DNA of 64,000 bases from an uncultured delta proteobacterium (GCA_963765675.1 CAVXXK010000001.1:256001-320000); one strand, 5' to 3'; shown: positions 42,500-52,714, counted from the stretch's first letter. The notes: generated by a model not told the origin, from the letters alone. Numbers and translations are program-made.

Positions 42500-43608
42500 A
42501 TGGCGGAAGCGATAGAAATCCTGCCCGAGTACGGCGAAGTCCGCGACGAGGAACAACTCGACTGGGCCAAGCTCCAAGCCTTCCTGAACGGACAAGCTGC
42601 CCGGCGCGGACCGCGAGCTCACCGTCAAACAGTTTCGCGGCGGACATTCCAATCTCACCTACCTGCTGCGCTTCGGTGACGGCGCGCAGACGCAAGAATG
42701 GGTCATGAGGCGGCCGCCGTTTGGTCCGCTGCCCGTTGGCGGACACGACATGGCGCGCGAGTACAAGGTGCTCTCGCGGCTGTGGCAGGCGTTCGAACCG
42801 GCGCCGCGCGCGATGCTGTTCTGCGACGACGTGTCGATTATCGGCGCGCCGTTTTTCGTGATGGAGCGGCGCAACGGAATCGTGATCAAAAATCGCCAGC
42901 CGCTCCCCGACGAGCTGCCGCAGGATCCTGACGTCGCTGCGCAAGCTCTCGGCGGGATTTATCGATACCGCCGCCGACCTGCACGGCGTCGATTACCGCA
43001 AGATCGGGCTCGAGACGCTCGGCAAGCCGGAAGGGTTCCTGGTCCGCCAGACCAACGGATGGATGAAAAGGTGGGAGGCCGCAAAGACCCGCGAAGTGCC
43101 GCTGATGGAAAAGCTCGGCGCGTGGTTCGTCGAGAATCTGCCGCCCGCGCAACCGCCCGCGATTATCCATAACGATTTCTACCTCCACAACGTGATGATC
43201 GACTCGCACGACCCGGGAAAAATCGTCGGTGTCTTCGACTGGGAGATGTCCACGCTCGGCGATCCGCTGGTCGATGTGGGGATCGCGCTCAACTACTGGC
43301 GCGACAACACCGACCCGCCCGAGCTGCTGGACACAAGCCAGGGCGAAGTTCACACGCTGCGCAAAGGCTTCATGACCCGCGATGAGCTGATCGACCGCTA
43401 CGCCAAACGGACGGGGCGCGATCTGAGCCGCATCGCCTACTACTGGGCATGGGCGCATTGGAAGAACGCCACGGTGGTCGAGCAGATCTACGTCCGCTAC
43501 GTGCGCGGCCAGACCACCGACCCCCGCTTCGCCGCGATGGGCACCCACGCCCCGGCTCTTGCAATCGCATCGGCCAGGGTCGCCTCGCGAATGGGATTTC
43601 GAGCCTGA
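42500..43608 (+). CDS. APH-like phosphotransferase (ACAD10/11 kinase, LvaA-like) with two frameshifts
   Basis: GGHSNLTY, RRPP, HDMARE, HNDFYLHN, DWEMSTLGDP found across three frames; shifts at about 42590 and 42930. Confidence 0.85.
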
Positions 43609-43723
43609 TACCCCGACTCCGTGACGCCCGGGCGCTCCCTTTCAGGAAATCCGGAAGTAGGCTATCTACAGGGTAGGCGAGTGTCACAACCCCGCCGAAA
43701 GCAATTGCGGAGGACTTCCACGC

Positions 43724-44593
43724 TTGCAGGCATTTAACTTTGACTCACCTACCAGCCTCGATGACGCGCTTAAGGTTCTTGCAGCGCATGGAGAGAAGGC
43801 GCGTCCGCTATGCGGCGGCACCGACCTGATTATCCAGATGCGTGCGGGAGTACGCCGTCCCGAGCATGTTGTCGATATCAAGCAAATCAAGGAGCTGCGC
43901 GAGCTCAAGTTCGACCCGAAAAGCGGCCTGCGCCTGGGCGCCGCGGTTTCGTGCATCGAGATTCACGAGAATCCTCTGATGCGCAAGCATTACCCTGGAC
44001 TCACCGAAGCCGCGCATCTTATCGGGTCGCTGCAGATTCAGAATCGCGCGTCGGTCGGCGGAAACCTGTGCAATGGATCGCCCGCCGCCGACTCAACTCC
44101 CGCGCTGATCGCGCTCGGCGCACGCGCGCGAATTGCCGGTCCCAAGGGCGAGCGCGAGGTCCCGGTCGATAAGTTCGTGCTCTCCCCGGGCCGCACCGTC
44201 CTCGAGCCGGGCGAGTTGTTGGTCCAGCTACTGATCGCTGCTCCGGCGCCCCACTCTAGCGACGCCTATCTGCGCTTCATTCCGCGCAACGAGATGGATA
44301 TCGCGGTGGTCGGCGTGGGCGCGTCGATTACGCTCGATGCCGGCAAGATCACGGCCGCGCGTATCGGTCTGGGCGCGATTGCCGCGACCCCGCTGGTCGC
44401 CGTCAAAGCCGCCGAATCGCTCATCGGCAAAAAGCTCGACGACGCGGCGCTCGCACTTGCGGGACGCCTCGCGTCGGAGGCCGGGTCGCCTATTGACGAT
44501 ATGCGCGGCACCGCCGAGTATCGCCGTCACATCACCGGCGTGCTGACCACGCGCGCACTCACGATCGCAGCCGAGCGCGCAGCGAAAATCTGA
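43724..44593 (+). CDS. Xanthine dehydrogenase family FAD-binding (medium) subunit
   Basis: GGTDL, IGSLQIQNRASVGGN, PIDDMRG. Confidence 0.92.
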   Translation: MQAFNFDSPTSLDDALKVLAAHGEKARPLCGGTDLIIQMRAGVRRPEHVVDIKQIKELRELKFDPKSGLRLGAAVSCIEIHENPLMRKHYPGLTEAAHLIGSLQIQNRASVGGNLCNGSPAADSTPALIALGARARIAGPKGEREVPVDKFVLSPGRTVLEPGELLVQLLIAAPAPHSSDAYLRFIPRNEMDIAVVGVGASITLDAGKITAARIGLGAIAATPLVAVKAAESLIGKKLDDAALALAGRLASEAGSPIDDMRGTAEYRRHITGVLTTRALTIAAERAAKI

Positions 44594-44621
44594 AACCGCG
44601 CAAAGGAATCGAGAGAAGAAC

Positions 44622-45129
44622 ATGTCCAGAAAGACATTGGTTGACGCGATCATAAACGGCGAGCCGACCGAGTTCCTGTGCGAGCCGCGCCAGAGCCTGC
44701 TCGAATGCCTGCGCGACGTCCTCGAGCTGACCGGCAGCAAGGAAGGATGCCTCACCGGCGATTGCGGCGCCTGCACCGTCATGATCGATGGTCGCGCGGT
44801 ATGCTCATGCCTGGTGCTCGGCCCCGAGGCCGCAAGGCAAGCGGATCACGACGGTCGAGGGTCTTGCCGACGCGACCAGGCTCCACGAGCTGCAGCAGCA
44901 ATTCCTCGAGCACGCGAGTCTGCAATGCGGAATCTGCACGCCGGGATTCCTGATGTCGGCCAAGGCTCTGCTCGAGCGCAATCCAAATCCGACCGAGCCC
45001 GAGATTCGATACGCGCTGGCGGGGAATCTCTGCCGATGCACCGGGTACGACAAGATCGTGCGCGCGGTGACCGACGCGGCCAAAACCCTGCGCGAAGGCG
45101 GACATGACCGCGCCGCGGCGCGGAGCTAG
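44622..45129 (+). CDS. Xanthine dehydrogenase family 2Fe-2S (small) subunit, frameshift at ~44830
   Basis: GCLTGDCGACTV then QCGICTPG and CRCTGY in the next frame; removing one C gives EAQGKRITTVEG. Confidence 0.88.
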
Positions 45130-45169
45130 AATTACTAACGGAACTGCTTACCGACGAGGTAATTGAACG

Positions 45170-47461
45170 ATGGCAGCAGCAACGAGTAACGGACATTTCA
45201 AGGTGATTGGCACGCGTCCGATCCGCCACGACGGAATTGACAAAGTGATGGGCCGCGCCAAGTACGGCGCCGACTACGCTTTCCCCGGGATGCTGCATGG
45301 CAAGCTCTTGCGCAGCCCGCACGCGCACGCCCGGATCAAATCGATCAATCTCACCAAGGCGCTCGCGCTGCCCGGCGTCAAGGCGATCGTCACCGGCAAG
45401 GATCTCCCCAAGGCTGCGAACAAACTCGAGCAATCCGGAGAGATGACGGTCAATCCGTACTACCTGTCGATGAACATCCTCGCGCACGACAAGGTGCTCT
45501 ACGACGGCCATGCGATCGCCGCGGTCGCCGCGACCAGCCCGCATATCGCCGAAGAAGCGGTGCGCCTGATCGAGGTCGAGTATGAAGTGCTGCCGCCGGT
45601 GATGACGGTTGACGCCGCGATGAAACCAGGCGCGCCGATCCTGCTGCACGACCTGCGCAACAAGGAAGAAGGTAACAAGGAAACCAACGTCGCCCAGCAT
45701 CACCTGTTCAAGCGCGGCGATATCGAAGCAGGCTTCAAGGCCGCCGATTTTATTATCGAGCGCGAGTTCAACACCGCGATGGTGCATCAGGGGTATATCG
45801 AGCCGCACAACGCCGTCGGCATCTACAATACTGACGGTCAGGCCACCATCTATTGCTCGACCCAGGGCGCCTTCGATGTGCGATCGCTCAGCGCCCAAGT
45901 GCTCGGTATCGAGGTCGGCAAGATCAAGGTCGTACCGGCGGAAATCGGCGGCGGCTTTGGCGGCAAGACCACCATCTATCTCGAGCCGCTCTCGGTGCTC
46001 CTCTCGAAGAAGACCGGCGCGCCGGTCAAACTGGTGATGACGCGCGGCGAAGTGCTGCGCGCGACCGGACCGACCTCGGGCTCGAAGATCAAAGTGAAGA
46101 TGGGCGCGACCAAGGACGGCACGATCGTCGCCGCTCAGGTCTGGATGGCCTATGAAGCGGGCGCATATCCAGGTTCGCCGGTCGGCGCCGGCGCGATGTG
46201 CGTGATCGCGCCGTACGCGATCGAAAATCTCCAGATCGACGGCTACGACGTCGTCGTTAACCGGCCCAAGACCGCGGCCTATCGCGCACCCGGCGCGACC
46301 AACGCCGCGTTCGCGTCGGAAACGATCATCGACGAGCTGGCCGACAAGTGCGGGATGGACCCGATCGATTTCCGGATCAAAAACGGAGTCAAGGAAGGTT
46401 CGCCGCAAGTAGTCGGCCCTCCATTCAAGCGGATCGGATTTGTCGAGACTTGCGAAGCGATCAAGAACAGCGAGCACTACAAGTCAAAGCTGACCGGCAA
46501 GAACCGCGGACGCGGCGTCGCCACCGGCTTCTGGTTCAACGCCGGGATGCAATCCTCGGCGACGGTGAATATCCATACTGACGGCACCGCCAGCGTCGTC
46601 ACCGGCTCGGTCGATATCGGCGGCTCGCGCGCTTCGATGGCGATGATCGCCGCGGAGGTTCTGGCGCTGCCGATCACCGACGTGCGCCCTCTCGTCGCCG
46701 ATACCGATTCGATCGGACATACCGACGTGACCGGCGGCAGCCGGGTGACGTTCGCAACCGGGATGGCGGTGTACGAGGCCGCGCAGGACGCGATCAAGCA
46801 GCTCACGGAACGCGCGGCGAAGGTCTGGGAAATCAAACCCGACCAGATCGAATTTCGCGATGGCGCATTCCACGCCAAGACCGGCGACAAACCTCCCATG
46901 GCAATCAAGGAACTCGCCAAGCGCCTGGCGCGCACGGGCGGACCGATCACGGGGCGCGCGAGCGTCAACGCGCGCGGCGTAGGACCGGCGTTCGCCGCGT
47001 TGTGCGTCGATGTGGAAGTCGATCCAGATACCGCCAAGGTCAAGTTGCTGCGATGCACTGTCGCGCAGGACGCCGGGCGCGCGATTCATCCGAGCTACGT
47101 CGAAGGCCAGATGCAGGGCGGCACCGCGCAGGGGCTCGGATGGGCGCTCAACGAAGAATATTTTTACGACGAAAAGGGCACGCTCAGGAACACCGGCCTG
47201 CTCGACTACCGGATGCCGACTTGCCTCGATCTACCGATGATCGAAACGATAATCGTTGAGGTTCCCAACCCCGGCCATCCGCTGGGCGTGCGCGGAGTCG
47301 GCGAGGTATCGATCGTCCCGCCGCCGGCCGCGGTCGCCAACGCGATCTTCGACGCGGTGGGCGTCAGGATGACGGAGACGCCGATGTCGCCGCCGAAGCT
47401 GATGAAGGAAATTCTGAAAAAGCGCGCCGCCGAAAATGCGCAATCCGCGGCCGCTGACTGA
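45170..47461 (+). CDS. Xanthine dehydrogenase family molybdopterin-binding (large) subunit
   Basis: RSPHAHA, GGGFGGK, AYRAPG, GGSR, RGVGE. Confidence 0.93.
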   Translation: MAAATSNGHFKVIGTRPIRHDGIDKVMGRAKYGADYAFPGMLHGKLLRSPHAHARIKSINLTKALALPGVKAIVTGKDLPKAANKLEQSGEMTVNPYYLSMNILAHDKVLYDGHAIAAVAATSPHIAEEAVRLIEVEYEVLPPVMTVDAAMKPGAPILLHDLRNKEEGNKETNVAQHHLFKRGDIEAGFKAADFIIEREFNTAMVHQGYIEPHNAVGIYNTDGQATIYCSTQGAFDVRSLSAQVLGIEVGKIKVVPAEIGGGFGGKTTIYLEPLSVLLSKKTGAPVKLVMTRGEVLRATGPTSGSKIKVKMGATKDGTIVAAQVWMAYEAGAYPGSPVGAGAMCVIAPYAIENLQIDGYDVVVNRPKTAAYRAPGATNAAFASETIIDELADKCGMDPIDFRIKNGVKEGSPQVVGPPFKRIGFVETCEAIKNSEHYKSKLTGKNRGRGVATGFWFNAGMQSSATVNIHTDGTASVVTGSVDIGGSRASMAMIAAEVLALPITDVRPLVADTDSIGHTDVTGGSRVTFATGMAVYEAAQDAIKQLTERAAKVWEIKPDQIEFRDGAFHAKTGDKPPMAIKELAKRLARTGGPITGRASVNARGVGPAFAALCVDVEVDPDTAKVKLLRCTVAQDAGRAIHPSYVEGQMQGGTAQGLGWALNEEYFYDEKGTLRNTGLLDYRMPTCLDLPMIETIIVEVPNPGHPLGVRGVGEVSIVPPPAAVANAIFDAVGVRMTETPMSPPKLMKEILKKRAAENAQSAAAD

Positions 47462-47488
47462 GCGATCGAAACTGACTGATGCTGTCCA

Positions 47489-47525
47489 ACGGGGCCGGGC
47501 CGATTCGGTCCGGCTCCGTTTTTTT
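47489..47525 (+). terminator. Intrinsic terminator after the large subunit
   Basis: ACGGGGCCGGGCCG-ATT-CGGTCCGGCTCCGT followed by a T-run. Confidence 0.75.
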
Positions 47526-47528
47526 CCG

Positions 47529-47795
47529 ATGCCCACCGCAATAATTCCCGCGCTGCTCCGCAAGCTCACCGCCGGCCGCGAACGCGTCGCGGTAAAAGGC
47601 CGCACCGTGCGCGCAATAGTCGCCGACCTCGAGCGCCAATTTCCCGGTCTCGCCGATCAACTGCTCGACGCCGGCGAGATCAAACCCTCGATTGCAATTT
47701 CGATTGATGGCGAAGTCGTGCCCGGCGGAGTGCTCGAGCCGGTCGGCGAAAACAGCGAGGTGCATTTTCTGCCGGCGCTCGGCGGAGGCGCGTGA
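47529..47795 (+). CDS. MoaD/ThiS family sulfur-carrier
   Basis: IPALLRKLTAG...TV...LERQFPG...LPALGGGA ubiquitin-like pattern. Confidence 0.82.
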   Translation: MPTAIIPALLRKLTAGRERVAVKGRTVRAIVADLERQFPGLADQLLDAGEIKPSIAISIDGEVVPGGVLEPVGENSEVHFLPALGGGA

Positions 47796-47949
47796 TCCTC
47801 GAACGCAGGGCGTTCTAGGAAGTACGACGCGGCCAAGATCGATGCAGAGCGCGAACCGGATCCGGTCACGATGCACTCAAGCTGCCAATAAGCACTGTCA
47901 GGACTAACTAAGTTATAGCTTGCGCTTGCCACGCCGCCATCATTTTCGA

Positions 47950-47977
47950 TTGCAACAGTGTAGCAGTCGCGTAGAAT
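47950..47977 (+). promoter_or_regulatory. Putative sigma70 promoter
   Basis: TTGCAA-16bp-TAGAAT with no plus-strand gene downstream. Confidence 0.5.
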
Positions 47978-47983
47978 GTGGCT

Positions 47984-48057
47984 GCTGGCCGGGGTTTGCC
48001 CCCCTTTTCCCGGTTGGCTACGGGTCAGGCGGAGCAATTCGTCTGGCCCTATTTCTT
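47984..48057 (+). ncRNA. Candidate small RNA (two hairpins, C6 loop)
   Basis: Upstream promoter, G-U-rich stems that are valid only on the plus strand, GCAA-capped terminator hairpin plus U-tail. Confidence 0.5.
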
Positions 48058-48064
48058 GAAGAAC

Positions 48065-48110
48065 AAATCCGGCGCGTGGTTTCGATCTCGCGCCGGATTT
48101 CAATTTTTTC
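48065..48110. terminator. Hairpin/terminator
   Basis: AAATCCGGCGCG...CGCGCCGGATTT followed by CAATTTTTT. Confidence 0.65.
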
Positions 48111-48184
48111 TGAGCTTCAAATGCTCTGAACGGTCGTTCGACTTTTCCAAACGATCGTTCATCGCGCGCGTTCCCCAACGGTCT

Positions 48185-48583
48185 TCAGCTCATGAAAACC
48201 TCGCGCACGTGATTGGTATCGTTGTACTCGCGCGCCAGCGCAATCCGGTCGCCGTCGAAACGGAAATAGAAATGGTACCGATTCTGATATTTCTTCCCGT
48301 TGGCCGCGATCGTGTCCGACTCCGCCTGGATCGCCACGTGCGGTCCTTCGGAGATGGTGGTGTGGAATTTCATATTGAGCCCGTTGGGAAACATCGCCTT
48401 GAGCGTCGACGGCATCGCCTTCAAGAACGCGGCCTTGCCGCGAATCGCGCTGAAGCCCGGTAGCCGCGCCATCATCTCGAACTCGAAATCGTCGGTAAGC
48501 AGATCTTCATAGACCTTCGGATCAGGCCTCTCGAACCCCTTGAGAAACATCAGTGCGCGTTCTTTCTGTCCTGCGGAATCCAT
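48185..48583 (-). CDS. SnoaL/NTF2-like protein
   Basis: GKKYQNRYHFYFRFDGDRI...EYNDT; GGAGG RBS. Confidence 0.87.
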   Translation of the reverse strand: MDSAGQKERALMFLKGFERPDPKVYEDLLTDDFEFEMMARLPGFSAIRGKAAFLKAMPSTLKAMFPNGLNMKFHTTISEGPHVAIQAESDTIAANGKKYQNRYHFYFRFDGDRIALAREYNDTNHVREVFMS

Positions 48584-48618
48584 CGGCGGCCTCCAACTGT
48601 ATTGATGCGATCTGACGC

Positions 48619-49062
48619 CTAGCGCTGCGCCTTGCGATACACCAGTACCGAGCATGGGGCGTTGCGCGCGATCTTCTCGGCGACCGACCCGATCGTTAGA
48701 AACTCGGAGCCGGTATGGCCGTGCGTCGCCAGCATGATCAGATCGATCTGGTTCTGCTGCGCGTACTCGCACAGCCTGACCACTGGCGGTCCGGTAAGCA
48801 CCGCTGTGACGATCTTGGGCGAGTTGGCAAAGTCGACCTTCTTGATCCGCAAGAGCTCCTCTTCGGTCCCCTCTGCAATCGAAGCCTCACGGGCCATTTC
48901 GGTGGATTTCTGCTCGAGGAAACTGTGATGCACCGCCACCACGTTCACGATATGCATCTCGGCGCCGAGCTCGCTCGAGAGTTCCCACGCCGAGAGCATC
49001 GCTTCCCTCGAGTTCTCCGAAAAGTCGATCGGTGCCAGCACCTTCTTTACATTTTGAATCAT
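48619..49062 (-). CDS. Universal stress protein
   Basis: VLAPIDFS, IDLIMLATHG, GSVAEKIARNAPCSVL. Confidence 0.92.
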   Translation of the reverse strand: MIQNVKKVLAPIDFSENSREAMLSAWELSSELGAEMHIVNVVAVHHSFLEQKSTEMAREASIAEGTEEELLRIKKVDFANSPKIVTAVLTGPPVVRLCEYAQQNQIDLIMLATHGHTGSEFLTIGSVAEKIARNAPCSVLVYRKAQR

Positions 49063-49183
49063 CGCTGCCTCCGGAACCCTTGCAATTATCACGGCTTTCG
49101 CGCGGGCTGCAAACCCTTGCGCTTGTGTGCAATCATCGCGGCACCAGAACCCGCGCCAACCGCGCGGCATGGAGTCACCGCTG

Positions 49184-50239
49184 ATGAAGGCAACCATCTT
49201 CCACGGCCCCCGCGACGTGCGCGTCGAGCGCGTCGCCGATCCTGAAATCACCTCGCCCTCCGACGCGATCGTGCGCATCACCCGCGCCGCGATCTGCGGC
49301 TCCGACCTGCACTTCTACCACGGCCAGATGCCGGTCGAGCCTGGTTTCGTGCTCGGACATGAAGGCGTCGGCATCGTCGAGGAAGTTGGCAAGGGCGTAA
49401 CGCAGCTTCACAAAGGCCAGCGCGTCGTAGTCTCGGGACTGGTCGCCTGCGGCAACTGTTTCTATTGTCGGCGCGGCCAGCCCTCGCAGTGCTCTATCGC
49501 CGGCTCCGCGGTTTTCGGCTATGGCAAAAACGCGGCCGGCAAGCTCGGCAACCTGGGCGGCGAGCAATCCGAAGCAATCCAGGTTCCGCTGGCCGATTAC
49601 ACCTGCTATCCGCTTCCGGAAGGAGTTGACGACGATGCGGCGGTGTTCCTGGCCGATATCCTGCCGACCGCGTTCTTCGGCGCGTTAAACGGCGAGATTC
49701 GCCCCGGTGACACGGTTGCGATCTTCGGATGCGGCCCCGTCGGCCTGTGCGCGATCCTCGCGGCGCATCTGTTCGGCCCCGCAGAGGTGATCGCGGTCGA
49801 TAGCGTGCCCTACCGGCTCGAGCTCGCTCGCAAACTCGGCGCGACTCCCGTCACTCTGGCCGAAGCGAAGCAGAAGATCCTCGACCGCACCGACGGCCGC
49901 GGCGCCGACGTCACGATCGAGGCGGTCGGCAACCAAGGCGCGCTCGACGCGTCGTTCGAAAACGTGCGCGGCGGAGGCACCGTCTCAATGATCGGCGTGC
50001 TCGGCCAGCCGACCTATAACTTCCCGATGATGCTCGCGTTCCAGCGCGATCTGACCTTCCGCGTCGGCCTTGCCAATATCCGCGCGCACATTCCGCAGCT
50101 CGCGACGCTGATCGAGCACCATCGGATCGATCCGCGCCCGATCATCAGCCACACGCTCAAGCTCGAAGAGACTCCGCGAGGCTACCAGATTTTCGACGCG
50201 CGCGCCGAAGGCGCGATCAAAATATTGATCAAGCCGTAG
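49184..50239 (+). CDS. Zn-dependent alcohol/aldehyde dehydrogenase (FDH-like MDR)
   Basis: CGSD, GHE, CGNCFYC, ADILPT, GCGPVG. Confidence 0.92.
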   Translation: MKATIFHGPRDVRVERVADPEITSPSDAIVRITRAAICGSDLHFYHGQMPVEPGFVLGHEGVGIVEEVGKGVTQLHKGQRVVVSGLVACGNCFYCRRGQPSQCSIAGSAVFGYGKNAAGKLGNLGGEQSEAIQVPLADYTCYPLPEGVDDDAAVFLADILPTAFFGALNGEIRPGDTVAIFGCGPVGLCAILAAHLFGPAEVIAVDSVPYRLELARKLGATPVTLAEAKQKILDRTDGRGADVTIEAVGNQGALDASFENVRGGGTVSMIGVLGQPTYNFPMMLAFQRDLTFRVGLANIRAHIPQLATLIEHHRIDPRPIISHTLKLEETPRGYQIFDARAEGAIKILIKP

Positions 50240-50285
50240 CGCGCCAATCGCGATCTCGAATCACATCCAAACGAGAGGAATCACA

Positions 50286-51095
50286 ATGGCGGACGAACTC
50301 ATCAAGATAAAAGTCGAAGGTGAAATCGCATATCTCGGACTCAACCGCCCCGACAAGCGCAACGCGGTCAGCGGAGCGATGCTCGAGGCGTTGCCGCGCG
50401 CGCTGCAAGAGGTCAATCGGCCCGAGGTCCGCGCGATCATCCTCTATGGCGAGGGTCAGGTCTTCTCCGCCGGAATCGATTTCATGTCGCTTTCAAACGA
50501 CACCGGCGCAAGCGGCGGCTCGGGCGGAGGTCCCGACCTTGCGCGCTTTCGCCATTTCGTCGGCGAGTCGCAGGCCGCGCTGTCGCGGATGGAATCGATC
50601 GAGAAGCCAGTTATCGGCGCGCTGCACGGCTACGCCGGCGGACTCGGACTGGAAATCGCGCTCGCCTGCGACGCGCGAATAGCGGCCAAGGGCACGCGCC
50701 TCGGAATGCCGGAAACGCGCATCGGTCTTGTCCCCGACGTGGGCGGCACTACGCGGCTGACCCGCACCGTCGGCTACGCGCTCGCAAAGGAACTGATCAT
50801 GACGGCAAGGCTGATCGACGCCGATGAAGCGCTGCGCATCGGGCTGGTGAATCGGGTCGTCGAGCCGGGAAAGCATCTCGCCGCCGCCGAGGAACTCGCG
50901 AGAGAAATTGCTCGCAACGCACCGGTCGCGGTTGGTCTGGCCAAACGAATCATCGATCGCGGCCACAGCCTCGACAAGCAGACCTTCATGGAACTCGAAG
51001 TCCTCGCGCAAAGCTCCCTCTTAACGACCGAGGATTTCCGCGAGGGCGCCCGCGCGCTGGCCGAGCGCCGCGACCCAAAGTTCAAGGGCAGATAA
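50286..51095 (+). CDS. Enoyl-CoA hydratase/crotonase
   Basis: FSAGID, GLGLEIALACD, PETRIGLVPDVGG. Confidence 0.92.
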   Translation: MADELIKIKVEGEIAYLGLNRPDKRNAVSGAMLEALPRALQEVNRPEVRAIILYGEGQVFSAGIDFMSLSNDTGASGGSGGGPDLARFRHFVGESQAALSRMESIEKPVIGALHGYAGGLGLEIALACDARIAAKGTRLGMPETRIGLVPDVGGTTRLTRTVGYALAKELIMTARLIDADEALRIGLVNRVVEPGKHLAAAEELAREIARNAPVAVGLAKRIIDRGHSLDKQTFMELEVLAQSSLLTTEDFREGARALAERRDPKFKGR

Positions 51096-51212
51096 CGCCA
51101 CTCTGCCGCGAGTTCCACGATCGTGAGACCGATCGAAGAGTTGACGCTGGTTGCCACTATCGAGCAGTCGGACAAGAATTTCAGCCGAAATAAATGTTGA
51201 AGGAGATATGCG

Positions 51213-52268
51213 ATGGCGGTCGACGAGGCGAAGCTAAACGAATTGCTCGGGAAGATGCTCGGCGAGGTCGGCGCCGCGATGGCGATCGGACTGGTCATGC
51301 TGGGCGACAAGTTCGGATTGTACAAGGCGCTGGCGGCCGCCGGTCCCTTGACCTCCGACGAGCTCGCGGCGCGCACTGGCACTGCGCCGCGTTACGTGCG
51401 CGAGTGGGCGGCGGCGCAGGCGGCGGGCGGCTTTATCAACTTCGACGCGGCGAAGGAGCGATATTCGATCTCATCCGAGCAGGCGCTGCTCCTTGCCGAC
51501 GAGAACGGTCCCGCGTTTTTCCCCGCGATGTTCGAGATTGCCGCCGCGGCCGCGCGTGATCTTCCCAAGCTCGAAGCGGCGTTCAAAACCGGTGGCGGAG
51601 TTGGATGGCATGAGCACGACGCCTGCCTGTTCCGCGGCACCGAGAGATTTTTCCGCCCGGGCTACGCGATACATCTCGTGGCGGAGTGGATTCCCGCATT
51701 GGAGGGCGTCAAAGAAAAGGTCGAACGCGGCGCGCAGGTCGCCGATGTCGGATGCGGTCATGGCGCATCGACCATTTTACTGGCCAAGGCGTTTCCAAAG
51801 TCAAAGTTTACCGGCTTCGACTATCACGAACCGTCGCTCGTGCGTGCGCGCGAGCTGGCGCGAGAGGGCGGCGTCGCCGACCGCGTGACCTTCCAGCGCG
51901 CGTCGGCAAAGGAATTTTCCGGCTCCTACGATTTGGTTGCATTCTTCGATTGCCTGCACGACATGGGCGATCCTGTCGGCGTGGCTCAGCACGTCAAATC
52001 AACTTTGAAACCTGGCGGAACCTGGATGATCGTCGAGCCTTTCGCCGGCGATCGAATCGCGGACAATCTGGGTCCGATCGGCCGCATATTTTATTCGGCA
52101 TCGATGCAGATTTGCGTGCCAGCGTCATTGTCGCAGGAAGTCGGTCTGGCTCTCGGCGCCCAAGCCGGTGAAACCAGATTACGGGAAGTGATCTCGAGCG
52201 GAGGATTCTCGCGTGTTCGGCGCGCCACCGAAACCCCGTTCAATCTGGTGATGGAAGCGCGTCCCTGA
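51213..52268 (+). CDS. Class I SAM methyltransferase with N-terminal wHTH (Rv2258c-like)
   Basis: GDKFGLY, RYVREW, DVGCGHG, FDCLHDMGDP, LGAQAGE. Confidence 0.92.
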   Translation: MAVDEAKLNELLGKMLGEVGAAMAIGLVMLGDKFGLYKALAAAGPLTSDELAARTGTAPRYVREWAAAQAAGGFINFDAAKERYSISSEQALLLADENGPAFFPAMFEIAAAAARDLPKLEAAFKTGGGVGWHEHDACLFRGTERFFRPGYAIHLVAEWIPALEGVKEKVERGAQVADVGCGHGASTILLAKAFPKSKFTGFDYHEPSLVRARELAREGGVADRVTFQRASAKEFSGSYDLVAFFDCLHDMGDPVGVAQHVKSTLKPGGTWMIVEPFAGDRIADNLGPIGRIFYSASMQICVPASLSQEVGLALGAQAGETRLREVISSGGFSRVRRATETPFNLVMEARP

Positions 52269-52285
52269 GCGCTCGGCGCGTTGCG

Positions 52286-52714
52286 CTATTTGCGCCACGG
52301 CGCTGGATATTCGCCGCGCTCGAGGAAGCGTATGTAATCGGCCAGAATCTCCGCATGATCGAACGCGAGCGGCGTCGGCGGATTGCGCGGGTCGCATAGC
52401 GTGGCATTTTTCGCGTCGTCGTCGCCGCGCGGCGTGCCGCTTGCGCGCGCGACGTACACAACCGTGATTGTCTGACCACGCGGATCGCGTTCGGGCCGCG
52501 AATAGACGCCCAGCAGCGCGCGAATCTCGACCTCGAGCGAGATCTCCTCGCGCGCCTCACGCACCGCAGCCTGTTCAACCGTTTCGCCAAAATCCACAAA
52601 GCCGCCCGGAATCGCCCATCCGAGCGGGAAATTGCGCCGCTCGATCAGAACGATCTTGTCGCCTATTTCGGCGATCACGTCGGCGGCGATTGGCGGGCAC
52701 TGCGGACGCGGCAT
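52286..52714 (-). CDS. NUDIX hydrolase
   Basis: GGFVDFGETVEQAAVREAREE Nudix box; LAFDH. Confidence 0.92.
   Translation of the reverse strand: MPRPQCPPIAADVIAEIGDKIVLIERRNFPLGWAIPGGFVDFGETVEQAAVREAREEISLEVEIRALLGVYSRPERDPRGQTITVVYVARASGTPRGDDDAKNATLCDPRNPPTPLAFDHAEILADYIRFLERGEYPAPWRK

Noticed and set aside
43612-43660. Possible Moco riboswitch before the molybdoenzyme operon (ACTCCG...CTCCC...GGAAA)
   Set aside because: Only the end motifs resemble it. The region is too short and lacks the central stems.
43724-47461. Aerobic CO dehydrogenase coxMSL
   Set aside because: The large subunit lacks AYxCSFR/AYRGAGR and there are no cox accessory genes.
47871-47888. Minus-strand sigma54-like site TTGGCAGCTTGAGTGC
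   Set aside because: Weak -12 element, and it points antisense into moaD with no credible gene.
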